Shown: positions 1 to 7,775 of the stretch, piece after piece
Numbering within the stretch: the stretch's first letter is position 1
Layout: each line of letters begins with the position of its first letter
NCBI GenBank assembly: GCA_021735405.1
Contig: JAIPHC010000002.1
Location: 1-40,260, forward strand
DNA from: Candidatus Omnitrophota bacterium
GTDB lineage: Bacteria > Omnitrophota > Gorgyraeia > Duberdicusellales > 4484-171
Direction of reading: 5' to 3'
Length of the DNA: 40,260 nt
Notes under the pieces: generated by a model
The model's input: only the letters and a program-made list of their open reading frames with translations
The model's database searches: none
What the model was told of the DNA's origin: nothing
Program-made: the position numbers and the translations under genes

Positions 1-249
1 CCTGAATTTTTAAAAAAAGAAGGAGCCAGCGTAATTGTTGCCGGAGGGATGGGGCAGCGCGCTTTAGAGTTGTTTTCTCAAAGTGGAATTCAGGTAGTTG
101 TAGGTGTAGGCGGAAAAATTGACGAAGTAATTACTAAATTAGCCGAAAATAGGTTGGAAGGAGGCGAGAGCCTTTGTAAGCCAGGAGATGGCAAGGGTTA
201 CGGAGTTGATAAAACAGAATGTAGTCATTCGGACGAAAAGGAGGAATAA
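1..249 (+). CDS. NifX/NifB-C-fold (FeMo-cofactor-binding-like) small protein, 5' end cut by the window edge
   Basis: Frame 1 is open from base 1 (PEFLKKEGASVIVAGGMGQRALELF...), so track ORF 49..249 is only the C-terminal part. The GGMG..A...L...GI.V pattern is typical of this family. Stop at 247-249. Confidence 0.7.
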   Translation, partial: PEFLKKEGASVIVAGGMGQRALELFSQSGIQVVVGVGGKIDEVITKLAENRLEGGESLCKPGDGKGYGVDKTECSHSDEKEE

Positions 250-250
250 T

Positions 251-616
251 ATGAAAATTTGTATCACAGCAGAAGGAGCTAACTTAGATTCAAAAATAGA
301 CACACGTTTTGGCAGAGCTCAATATTTTTTAATTCTGGATACTGAAAGTAATGATTTAGAAGCAGTTAAGAATCCTAATGTAGGCGGAATGGGCGGTGTT
401 GGGGTTCAATCCGGGCAATTAATTTCAGAAAAGGGAGTAAAGGCGGTCTTAACAGGCAATGTAGGCCCTAACGCTTTTAAAACATTGGAGGCTGCCGGGA
501 TTGAAATTATATCCGGTGTATCTGGCACAGTTAAAGAGGTTGTTGAAGCTTATAAACAAGGTAAATTTAAAGCAGGTGATGGCCCCAGTGTCGATTCTAA
601 ATTTGGGATGAATTAA
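251..616 (+). CDS. NifX/NifB-C-fold (dinitrogenase FeMo-cofactor biosynthesis domain) protein
   Basis: MKICITAEG...FGRAQYFLILD...GNVGPNAFKTLEAAGIEI is typical of PF02579-type proteins. I prefer ATG 251 over track start 188 because AGGAGG lies at 239-244. Confidence 0.8.
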   Translation: MKICITAEGANLDSKIDTRFGRAQYFLILDTESNDLEAVKNPNVGGMGGVGVQSGQLISEKGVKAVLTGNVGPNAFKTLEAAGIEIISGVSGTVKEVVEAYKQGKFKAGDGPSVDSKFGMN

Positions 617-630
617 AAAGGAGGTAGATT

Positions 631-843
631 ATGCCAAGAGGAGACGGAACAGGGCCAACCGGCCGAGGGCCAGTTGGCAGAAGAGGACAGGGCGGCGGCC
701 AAGGCAGAGGAGGTCGTCCCGGAGCAGGCCCGGGCGGAATTTGTTTGTGCCCGGCTTGTAAGTTAAGTGTGCCTCATAAAGCGGGAACTCCTTGCGCCGA
801 GATGAAATGCCCTAAATGTGGTGGAATTTTGGTGAGAGGTTAA
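631..843 (+). CDS. DUF5320-type Gly/Arg/Pro-rich protein with a C-terminal Cys knuckle
   Basis: The MPRGDGTGP N-terminus is as I recall for DUF5320. The C-terminus has CLCPAC...CPKCGG. SD AAGGAGG at 618-624. The gene is locally GC-rich because of Gly/Arg/Pro codons. Confidence 0.65.
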   Translation: MPRGDGTGPTGRGPVGRRGQGGGQGRGGRPGAGPGGICLCPACKLSVPHKAGTPCAEMKCPKCGGILVRG

Positions 844-847
844 AAAA

Positions 848-1459
848 ATGGATGATTTAGCTAAGCAAGTTCATCAAGAATATCTGGAAAAACTTAAATT
901 TTATCGTGAGTTTGGTTATGATATAGAAGCTGAAAGAAATTTTATTTTAGATAATGCTAGGCCTTTATACGGAGATATTTTAGAAGTAGGAACAGGTAAA
1001 GGGAACTTCACTCTCGCTTTAGCTAAAGAAGGTTATCGCTTTACCAGCGTAGATCTTTGTGCAGAACAACAAAAAGCAGGTTATCTTAATCTAAAATATT
1101 TAGGCCTTGATAAAAGGGTTGATTTTAAAATAGCCAATGGAGAGAATTTAAATTTTTCTGATAATAACTTTGATTTAGTGATTTCTGTAAATATGATTCA
1201 TCATCTAGAAAAATTTTCTAAAATTTTAGATGAATTTACGCGAGTTTTAAGCTTTGAAGGTAAAATCGTATTGGCTGATTTTACAAAAGAAGGGTTAGAA
1301 GTAATCGATAAAATTCATTCTCAACAAGGCAGGCGGCATAGGACAGACAAAGTAGATTTTTCAGAAATTGAAAAGTATTTTGAAGAAAAAGACTTTATAA
1401 TTGAAAGGCAACGAGATAAATTTCAAAAAATATTAATAGCCTACCATCAAATTATTTAA
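848..1459 (+). CDS. class I SAM-dependent methyltransferase
   Basis: Motif I ILEVGTGKGNF and a post-I acidic residue (SVDL). The length and layout fit a Methyltransf_11/25-like fold. Confidence 0.8.
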   Translation: MDDLAKQVHQEYLEKLKFYREFGYDIEAERNFILDNARPLYGDILEVGTGKGNFTLALAKEGYRFTSVDLCAEQQKAGYLNLKYLGLDKRVDFKIANGENLNFSDNNFDLVISVNMIHHLEKFSKILDEFTRVLSFEGKIVLADFTKEGLEVIDKIHSQQGRRHRTDKVDFSEIEKYFEEKDFIIERQRDKFQKILIAYHQII

Positions 1460-1462
1460 AAT

Positions 1463-2314
1463 ATGATAATAGCAATAGCCAGCGGAAAAGGCGGCACCGG
1501 GAAAACTACAATTGCAACTAATTTAGCTTTGTCTTTAGGGAAGGTTAAATTATTAGATTGTGATGTAGAAGAGCCTAACTCTTACCTATTTATTAAACCT
1601 CAAATAGAAAAAAAACATTCAGTTTATATTCCGGTGCCAAAGATTAATTCAGATAAGTGTAATCTTTGCGGGCGCTGCCAGGAGGTTTGTGCTTATAATG
1701 CCATAGCGGTGGTAAAAGATAAGGTGCTGGTATTTGATGATCTTTGCCATGGTTGCGGCGCTTGCAGTTATCTATGCCCTGAAGCTGCAATAGATGAAGT
1801 TAACAAGAAAATCGGAATAATTGAAATAGGTAAGCGAGAAAAATTAGAATTTATTGATGGGAAGCTAGATATCGGCCAAGCCATGGCTCCTCCTATAATC
1901 AGGGAAATTAAAAAACATATAAATCCAGAAGATGTTACAATAATCGATGCTCCGCCGGGGACATCTTGTCCTGTAATTGAGTCAGCAGAGGGGAGTGATT
2001 TTGTGATTTTAGTTACAGAACCAACCCCTTTTGGCCTGAACGACCTAAAACTTGCAGTTGAAACTTTCCGTAAATTAAAAATACCATTTGGGGTGGTTAT
2101 AAATCGTTCAGATCTTGGGGATAAAAAAACTTTAGATTATTGCGCTGAGGAAAATATTGAGATACTCTTAGAAATTCCTTTTGATAAAAAAATCGCCGCG
2201 AGTTATTCTGCGGGAGAATTAATAATAGAAACTCAACCCGAATATAAAGATAAATTTATAAACTTATTTGAAAAAATTAAAAGAAAGAAAAGGAGACATA
2301 ATGAAAAAAGTTGA
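1463..2314 (+). CDS. MinD/ParA-superfamily P-loop ATPase with an inserted 2x[4Fe-4S] ferredoxin domain (COG1149-like)
   Basis: Deviant Walker A SGKGGTGKTT. Two cluster motifs, CNLCGRCQEVC and CHGCGACSYLCP. DAPPG Walker B region. Confidence 0.85.
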   Translation: MIIAIASGKGGTGKTTIATNLALSLGKVKLLDCDVEEPNSYLFIKPQIEKKHSVYIPVPKINSDKCNLCGRCQEVCAYNAIAVVKDKVLVFDDLCHGCGACSYLCPEAAIDEVNKKIGIIEIGKREKLEFIDGKLDIGQAMAPPIIREIKKHINPEDVTIIDAPPGTSCPVIESAEGSDFVILVTEPTPFGLNDLKLAVETFRKLKIPFGVVINRSDLGDKKTLDYCAEENIEILLEIPFDKKIAASYSAGELIIETQPEYKDKFINLFEKIKRKKRRHNEKS

Positions 2315-3644
2315 CATTTTAATAATTGGAGCCGGTCCAGCTGGAATGGTCGCAGCAACAACTGCTAAAAAATATTATCCTAACAAAAGTATAGCTATTA
2401 TCAAAAGTATTAAAGCAGGGTGCATTCCCTGCGGTATCCCTTATATGTTCTCTAGCTTGAAGGATCCTTCTGATAATAAACTTAAAACTGGCGCTTTGGA
2501 GAAAAAAGGAGTTGAGGTTTTTATCGATGCGGTAACCTCAATTGATTCAGAAACGAAAAAAGTAAAAACTAAAGAGGGCAAGGAGTATAGTTATCAGAAA
2601 TTAATTCTTGCTATAGGTTCAGATCCGATAGTTCCTTCGATTGAGGGAATAGATAAAGAAGGTGTATTTCCTATTTATAAAGATATGGGTTACTTAAAAG
2701 AAGCTATAGCTCAAATAAAGAAGAAAAAAAAGGTTTTAGTTATTGGTGGAGGATTTATCGGAGTTGAGTTTGCAGATGAAATTTCTAATATTGACCGAAT
2801 AGATGTAAGCTTAGTTGAAATGTTACCCCATCTTTTATTAAATTCTTTTGATCAAGAATTTTCTCAGTTGGCCGAAGATAAACTAAAAAAGAAAGGGGTC
2901 AATATTATAACTGGAGCTCGAGTTGAGAAGATAATAGGAGATAAAAAAGTCAAAGAAGTTAAACTTTCTGACGGAAGAATAGTTCAGGCAGAAGGAGTTA
3001 TATTAGGTATAGGCGCTAGGCCAAATATAAAGATAGCTAAAACTGCTAATTTAAATTTAGACCCAAGAGGTGGTATAGCAGTAGATGAATATATGCGGAC
3101 TTCAAACCCTGATATATTTGCGGTTGGAGATTGCTCTTGTAAAAGAGACTTTTTTACTCGTAAAACAGTTCCGGTTATGCTTGCTTCCACTGCTACCGCC
3201 GAGGCAAGAGTAGCGGGAGCTAATTTATATAAGATTAAGGTAGTCAGGGAAAATAAAGGGACAATTGCGGTTTATTCCACCTATATTGACGGGTTAGTTT
3301 TAAGCTCAGCCGGATTAACAGAGAAAAACGCTAAAGAAGAAGGTTTTGAAATTATAATCGGAGAGGTTCAAGGAGTAGATAAACATCCGGGAACTTTACC
3401 CGGAGCACAAAAAAGCAGAGTAAAATTAGTATTTTCAAAACAGTCAGGGATTATTTTGGGAGGCCAAGTTAGTTGTGGTATGGCTTGTGCCCAGCTTATA
3501 AATTTGGTTGGAGTAGCAATTCAGAAACGGATGTCAGCAACAGAGCTGGAAACTCTGCAGATGGCAACTCACCCCTATCTTACTAGCTCCCCAACAAAAT
3601 ATCCGGTGGTTTTGGCTGCTCAAGAAGCTTTAAAAAGAGTATAG
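2301..3644 (+). CDS. FAD-dependent pyridine nucleotide-disulfide oxidoreductase (NADH oxidase / CoA-disulfide reductase family)
   Basis: IIGAGPAGM FAD fold, VIGGGFIGVEFA NAD fold, FAVGDC, and a redox Cys region GCIPCGIPY. I prefer ATG 2301 (AGGAG at 2291-2295) over track start 2268. Confidence 0.85.
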   Translation: MKKVDILIIGAGPAGMVAATTAKKYYPNKSIAIIKSIKAGCIPCGIPYMFSSLKDPSDNKLKTGALEKKGVEVFIDAVTSIDSETKKVKTKEGKEYSYQKLILAIGSDPIVPSIEGIDKEGVFPIYKDMGYLKEAIAQIKKKKKVLVIGGGFIGVEFADEISNIDRIDVSLVEMLPHLLLNSFDQEFSQLAEDKLKKKGVNIITGARVEKIIGDKKVKEVKLSDGRIVQAEGVILGIGARPNIKIAKTANLNLDPRGGIAVDEYMRTSNPDIFAVGDCSCKRDFFTRKTVPVMLASTATAEARVAGANLYKIKVVRENKGTIAVYSTYIDGLVLSSAGLTEKNAKEEGFEIIIGEVQGVDKHPGTLPGAQKSRVKLVFSKQSGIILGGQVSCGMACAQLINLVGVAIQKRMSATELETLQMATHPYLTSSPTKYPVVLAAQEALKRV

Positions 3645-3646
3645 TT

Positions 3647-4504
3647 ATGAAAGAGATTGTTATAATCAGCGGAAAAGGCGGAACCGGTAAAACCGTTGTA
3701 ACCGCTTCCTTTGCTTTTTTAGCTAAGGATAAAGTGATGGCTGATTGCGATGTTGACGCAGCAGATCTGCATCTTTTGCTTGAGCCAAAAATTAAAGAAG
3801 AAGGTAAATTTCATTCAGGAGCAACCGCGGTTATAGATAAAGATAAATGTATAGCGTGCGGCAGGTGCTTAGAGGTTTGTAGGTTTTCAGCAGTCTCTTT
3901 AGATTTTACTATTGATCCTGTGGCTTGCGAAGGCTGCGCATTTTGCAGAAATATTTGTCCTGTTTCGGCAATCGAGATGAAAGAGAATTTATCAGGACAG
4001 TGGTTTATATCTGATACTCGTTTTGGCCCTTTTGTGCATGCAAAACTTGGCATAGCTGAGGAAAATTCAGGAAAGCTTGTGGCTTTAGTTAAGAAAAAAG
4101 CCAAAGAACTGGCTAAAGCAAAAAAAGCGTCTTTTGTTATTGTAGATGGTTCCCCGGGGATAGGTTGTCCGGTAATTGCTTCTTTATCGGGAGCTGATTG
4201 CGCGTTAGTTGTAACTGAACCAACTTTATCTGGGTTGGCGGATGCAAAAAGAGTTATTAATGTTGCAAAGCATTTTAAAATTCCAGTTAAATTAATCATA
4301 AATAAATTTGATCTTAATTTAAAGATAAGCAAAAAAATTGAAAATTATTGCAAAGAAGATAATATAGATATATTAGGTAAATTGCCGTTTGATAAGTCAG
4401 TGATTGAAGCTATTACAGTTCAAAAAACTTTGCCGGAAGCCGCCAGTGATAATATTAAAAAAATAGCCGAAAGTATTTGGTCTAAATTAAGTAGTCAATT
4501 ATGA
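3647..4504 (+). CDS. MinD/ParA-superfamily P-loop ATPase with an inserted 2x[4Fe-4S] ferredoxin domain (paralog of 1463..2314)
   Basis: SGKGGTGKT, CIACGRCLEVC, CEGCAFCRNICP, DGSPGIGCP. Same architecture as the gene two positions upstream. Confidence 0.85.
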   Translation: MKEIVIISGKGGTGKTVVTASFAFLAKDKVMADCDVDAADLHLLLEPKIKEEGKFHSGATAVIDKDKCIACGRCLEVCRFSAVSLDFTIDPVACEGCAFCRNICPVSAIEMKENLSGQWFISDTRFGPFVHAKLGIAEENSGKLVALVKKKAKELAKAKKASFVIVDGSPGIGCPVIASLSGADCALVVTEPTLSGLADAKRVINVAKHFKIPVKLIINKFDLNLKISKKIENYCKEDNIDILGKLPFDKSVIEAITVQKTLPEAASDNIKKIAESIWSKLSSQL

Positions 4505-5382
4505 AAACTTACCTGGATTGCATTCCTTGTTTTTTTAAACAAGCCTTAGACGCAGCCCGCCTAGCCAAAGCCTCCGAAGCTGTCCAAAGAGAGGTTTTAA
4601 TTAGTTTGTCTAAAGAATTAGAAAAATTTTCCTTAGATAGTTGTCCGCCGCAGATGGGTAAATTTATTTATAATAAGGTAAGAGAGATTACTAAAAAAAG
4701 TGATCCTTATAAAGAAATAAAGAAAAAAAGCAATAAATTAGCTTTAAGCTTTTATCCAAAATTAAAAGATAAAGTAAAAAACGCAAAAGATCCTCTCTTG
4801 TTTTCGCTTGAACTTGCTATTGCGGGAAATATCATCGATTATGGAGTAAAACATAGTTTAGATGTAGATAAAGAATTGGATAATATTTTAGCAGAAGAAA
4901 GTGAAGCTATAAGGCATGAATCAAAAGCTATTTTTAATTATCCGGAATTTAAGAATAAATTGGCTGAATCCAATAATATTATTTATTTAGGTGATAACGC
5001 GGGAGAAATTGTTTTTGATAAAATCTTGATTGAACAGATAAAAGAAAAGTATCCCAAAAAAGATATTCTTTATGTGGTTAAAGAAAAACCAATCATAAAT
5101 GATGCTTTAGCCGAAGATGCTTATATGTGCGGTATAGATAAATATGCAAAAATAATTTCAAGTGGTTGTGATTCGCCGGGAACAATTCTTTCAATATGTG
5201 CAAAAGATTTTTTAGATAGGTTTAAATCAGCTGATATGGTAATAAGTAAAGGCCAAGGTAATTTTGAAGCATTGTATAAAAAAAGCAAGCGTCCTGTTTT
5301 TTTTCTTTTTATGGCCAAATGCCCGGTGGTAGCAAAAGATATTGGTTCTAAGATAAAAGATATAATTTTGTTGTATGAGTAG
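4501..5382 (+). CDS. DUF89 / ARMT1-like damage-control phosphatase family protein
   Basis: MKTYLDCIPCFFKQALDAARLA, DPYKEIKKKSN, AIAGNIIDYG, GDNAGEIVFDK and ISKGQGNFE are all hallmark DUF89 blocks. The start overlaps the upstream stop (ATGA). Confidence 0.85.
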   Translation: MKTYLDCIPCFFKQALDAARLAKASEAVQREVLISLSKELEKFSLDSCPPQMGKFIYNKVREITKKSDPYKEIKKKSNKLALSFYPKLKDKVKNAKDPLLFSLELAIAGNIIDYGVKHSLDVDKELDNILAEESEAIRHESKAIFNYPEFKNKLAESNNIIYLGDNAGEIVFDKILIEQIKEKYPKKDILYVVKEKPIINDALAEDAYMCGIDKYAKIISSGCDSPGTILSICAKDFLDRFKSADMVISKGQGNFEALYKKSKRPVFFLFMAKCPVVAKDIGSKIKDIILLYE

Positions 5383-5421
5383 TTACTTTAATTTTCTTTA
5401 TAAAGAGATATAATTTAGAAG

Positions 5422-6132
5422 ATGGATTTTAAAATATTATTTGATAAAAATGCTATAAGTTCTGAATTCAAAACCGGCTGGGGGTTTGCTGTATTTATAG
5501 ACGGAGTTTTGTTTGATACAGGAGAAGACGGAAATCGTTTACTTTATAATTTAGAAGCTGAAGGGATAGATACAAATTCTATTGAAAAGATAGTCCTTTC
5601 TCATGATCATTGGGATCATACCGGCGGCCTCTGGCCCTTGCTAGAGGCAAAAAAAAATTTAAAAATTTATGGCTGCCCGGGGTTTTCTGATCAAATTAAA
5701 GATAAGATAAAAGATTCAGGCGCAGAATTTATTGAAAGCAATAGATCTTTGCAGATAAAACCTAATATTTATACTACCGGGGAAATATCCGGGTTTTATA
5801 AATCTATGAAAATTTCGGAACAGTCTCTGGTAGTAAAATCCAAAAAAGGCTTAGTTGCTATTACAGGTTGTTCTCACCCGGGAGTAGTAAAAATAGTTGA
5901 AAAAGTTAAAGAGAGTTTTAAAAATGAAGACATCCATTTGGTTTTTGGCGGTTTTCACCTTATGAATAAAGAAAAACGGGAAATAAAATTAATCGCACAA
6001 AAATTAAAAGACTTAGGTATAAATTATGTCGGCCCGACTCACTGCACAGGTTATGAGGCTCAACAGATTTTTAGGAAAATTTTTGGAAATAAATATATCT
6101 CTATTAAGGTAGGGAAAACTATTACTATATAA
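5422..6132 (+). CDS. MBL-fold metallo-hydrolase
   Basis: The HxHxDH motif is present as SHDHWDHTGG. Later His/Cys ligands (GCSHPG, GGFHL, PTHCTG) are also present. Confidence 0.8.
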   Translation: MDFKILFDKNAISSEFKTGWGFAVFIDGVLFDTGEDGNRLLYNLEAEGIDTNSIEKIVLSHDHWDHTGGLWPLLEAKKNLKIYGCPGFSDQIKDKIKDSGAEFIESNRSLQIKPNIYTTGEISGFYKSMKISEQSLVVKSKKGLVAITGCSHPGVVKIVEKVKESFKNEDIHLVFGGFHLMNKEKREIKLIAQKLKDLGINYVGPTHCTGYEAQQIFRKIFGNKYISIKVGKTITI

Positions 6133-6133
6133 C

Positions 6134-6190
6134 TATGCAACAAAAGTGCCTGCCTGCCGGCAGGCAGGTTGTCAACGGAAATGTTGCATA
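6134..6190 (+). promoter_or_regulatory. Conserved hairpin H1 (TATGCAACA ... TGTTGCATA) abutting the SD of the next gene, with a GC-rich palindrome in its loop
   Basis: The 9-bp outer stem pairs 6134-6142 with 6182-6190. The inner perfect palindrome CCTGCCTGCCGGCAGGCAGG lies at 6149-6168. A second copy of the outer motif lies at 7044-7084. Confidence 0.6.
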
Positions 6191-6201
6191 AGGAGGTTAA
6201 G

Positions 6202-6834
6202 GTGTTAAAGCTGATTTATAAAGAGTTAAAGCACCATATTTGGTTTACAGTTTTTGGGGCAGTTACGGGTATAATTGTTATGGTTTTTTTTAAAAATTTA
6301 CCAGAAAAAGTTTCTTATAATATATTTTATACACTCCATCCTGCTCATGTAGTCTTAAGCGCATTAGTTACAACTTCAATGTATTCTTTCTACAGTTGCC
6401 CCAGCTCAAAACGCAGGTGCAGCGTTTGGGTTTTGTTAGTAATTGGTTATTTCGGGGCAATAGGCATTGCGACTTTAAGTGATTGTATTATCCCCTATTT
6501 AGCTGAAATTTTATTAGGATTGCCTAATCGGGAAATTCATTTAGGTTTTATTGAAAAATGGTGGCTGGTTAACCCTTTGGCGGTTCTGGGGGTAGCGATT
6601 GCTTATTTTTGGCCGCGGACTAAATTTCCTCACGCCGGCCATGTATTATTGAGCACTTGGGCCTCACTTTTTCATATCATTATGGCTTTAGGAAAAGAAC
6701 TTAATCCTTGGTTGTATTTAGCTATTTTTGCCTTTTTATTTATAGCTGTTTGGTTACCCTGCTGTATAAGTGATATAGCTTTTCCACTTTTGTTTATAAA
6801 AGAAAAAGATGAAAAAATGCATCAGCATAAATAG
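6202..6834 (+). CDS. polytopic membrane protein with duplicated H..H motifs, possibly a metal transporter
   Basis: Several hydrophobic spans. LHPAHVVLSAL and PHAGHVLLSTW look like an internal repeat. I prefer GTG 6202 (GGAGG at 6192-6196, 5-nt spacer) over the TTG at 6169, which lies inside the hairpin. Confidence 0.6.
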   Translation: MLKLIYKELKHHIWFTVFGAVTGIIVMVFFKNLPEKVSYNIFYTLHPAHVVLSALVTTSMYSFYSCPSSKRRCSVWVLLVIGYFGAIGIATLSDCIIPYLAEILLGLPNREIHLGFIEKWWLVNPLAVLGVAIAYFWPRTKFPHAGHVLLSTWASLFHIIMALGKELNPWLYLAIFAFLFIAVWLPCCISDIAFPLLFIKEKDEKMHQHK

Positions 6835-6839
6835 TAATT

Positions 6840-7040
6840 ATGAATAGTGAATGCAAATGGTATCAAGTTTGTCCGATGAAAAGATTTTTTGAACAAGAGA
6901 AAATTGCCAGGCATTGGGTTGATTTCTATTGCCATAATAATTGGCAAAAATGCAAAAGATTTGATTTAGAGGAAAAACAGATAGAGCATCCGGATAATAT
7001 GTTACCTGATGGTTTAATTGATAATAATTTAGGAAGATAA
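6840..7040 (+). CDS. small conserved-looking Cys-rich protein (66 aa), function unknown
   Basis: Four Cys are arranged C-x6-CP ... YC ... C (ECKWYQVCPMKRF...FYCHNNWQKCKRF), followed by EHPDNMLPDG. It starts 5 nt after the upstream stop. Confidence 0.55.
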   Translation: MNSECKWYQVCPMKRFFEQEKIARHWVDFYCHNNWQKCKRFDLEEKQIEHPDNMLPDGLIDNNLGR

Positions 7041-7043
7041 AAC

Positions 7044-7084
7044 CTTATGCAACAAAACAGGTTCAAACAAAAATGTTGCATAAG
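7044..7084 (+). promoter_or_regulatory. Conserved hairpin H2 (CTTATGCAACA ... TGTTGCATAAG) abutting the SD of nnrE
   Basis: The 11-bp stem pairs 7044-7054 with 7074-7084 around a 19-nt loop. GAGGGG at 7086-7091 and ATG 7096 follow. Confidence 0.6.
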
Positions 7085-7095
7085 CGAGGGGTTTT

Positions 7096-7761
7096 ATGAA
7101 TGCAATAACTGCTGGACAGATGAAAAAGATTGATAAAGCTGCAATCGATGAGTTTGGAATTCCTTCGTTGATTTTAATGGAAAATGCCGGCAGGGGGGCC
7201 GCTGATATTGCTTACAATATGCTTTTAGATAAAAAGAGTAAGGTGATTTGTGTTTGCGGTAAGGGAAATAACGGCGGTGATGGCTTTGTTTGCGCGCGGC
7301 ATCTTATAAATAAGGGAATTAATATTTTAGTTTTTTTAACTTGCAAGCGGAATCAATTAAAAGGGGATGCTAAAATAAATTTTTCTATTTTAGAAAAAAT
7401 GGATGCTTCTGTTTATGAATTAGCGAAAAAAGACGATTTTAAAAATTTAGAAAATGAAATTATAAATTCAGAGTTAGTAGTTGACGCAATATTTGGAATA
7501 GGAATAACCGGCAATATCAGAGAACCTTATTCTCAGCTTATTCAAACAATTAATGAAAATAAAAAAAAGGTTCTTGCAATTGATTTACCTTCCGGGCTTG
7601 ATGCCACAGGAGGCAATGCTTTAGGAGTGTGTATAAAAGCCGATAAAACTGCGACTTTTGCAGCGCCTAAAACGGGTTTATTAAAAAATCAGGGGCCAAA
7701 CTTTTGCGGAGAAGTTATTGTGGTAGATATATCTATCCCTAAGCAGCTTTTGGGGAAATAG
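7096..7761 (+). CDS. nnrE: NAD(P)H-hydrate epimerase (YjeF N-terminal domain only)
   Basis: MENAGRGAA, CGKGNNGGDGFVCARHL and DAIFGIG are characteristic YjeF_N blocks. There is no C-terminal dehydratase domain. Confidence 0.85.
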   Translation: MNAITAGQMKKIDKAAIDEFGIPSLILMENAGRGAADIAYNMLLDKKSKVICVCGKGNNGGDGFVCARHLINKGINILVFLTCKRNQLKGDAKINFSILEKMDASVYELAKKDDFKNLENEIINSELVVDAIFGIGITGNIREPYSQLIQTINENKKKVLAIDLPSGLDATGGNALGVCIKADKTATFAAPKTGLLKNQGPNFCGEVIVVDISIPKQLLGK

Positions 7762-7775
7762 TAAGGGGTAACTAC

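Noticed and set aside
188-250. N-terminal extension of the second NifX-like gene (track start 188)
   Set aside because: It overlaps the upstream gene in another frame. AGGAGG at 239-244 plus ATG 251 gives the family-typical MKI... N-terminus.
1-616. Nitrogen-fixation (nif) cluster
   Set aside because: Only NifX/NifB-C-fold small proteins are present. No nifH, nifDK, nifEN or radical-SAM nifB is present in the window.
3811-4332. 173-aa antisense ORF inside the second MinD-ferredoxin ATPase gene, and similar antisense ORFs at 2984..3190, 14130..14501 and 35201..35464
   Set aside because: Each lies fully within a strongly supported + strand gene. None has an SD or a recognisable domain. They are typical shadow ORFs.
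5409-5424. TATAAT 7 nt upstream of the MBL gene ATG as another leaderless promoter
   Set aside because: There is no matching -35. The gene sits inside a tightly packed operon, and such hexamers are frequent in this AT-rich DNA.
6134-7084. Integron attC sites / gene cassette interpretation of the twin hairpins (ATGCAAC ... GTTGCAT resembles RYYYAAC ... GTTRRRY)
   Set aside because: Each core has a mismatch to the attC consensus. No integrase or attI is present in the window. The 'cassette' holds two genes, and the hairpins precede ribosome-binding sites rather than follow ORFs in the usual way. I keep it only as a remote alternative within the hairpin finding.
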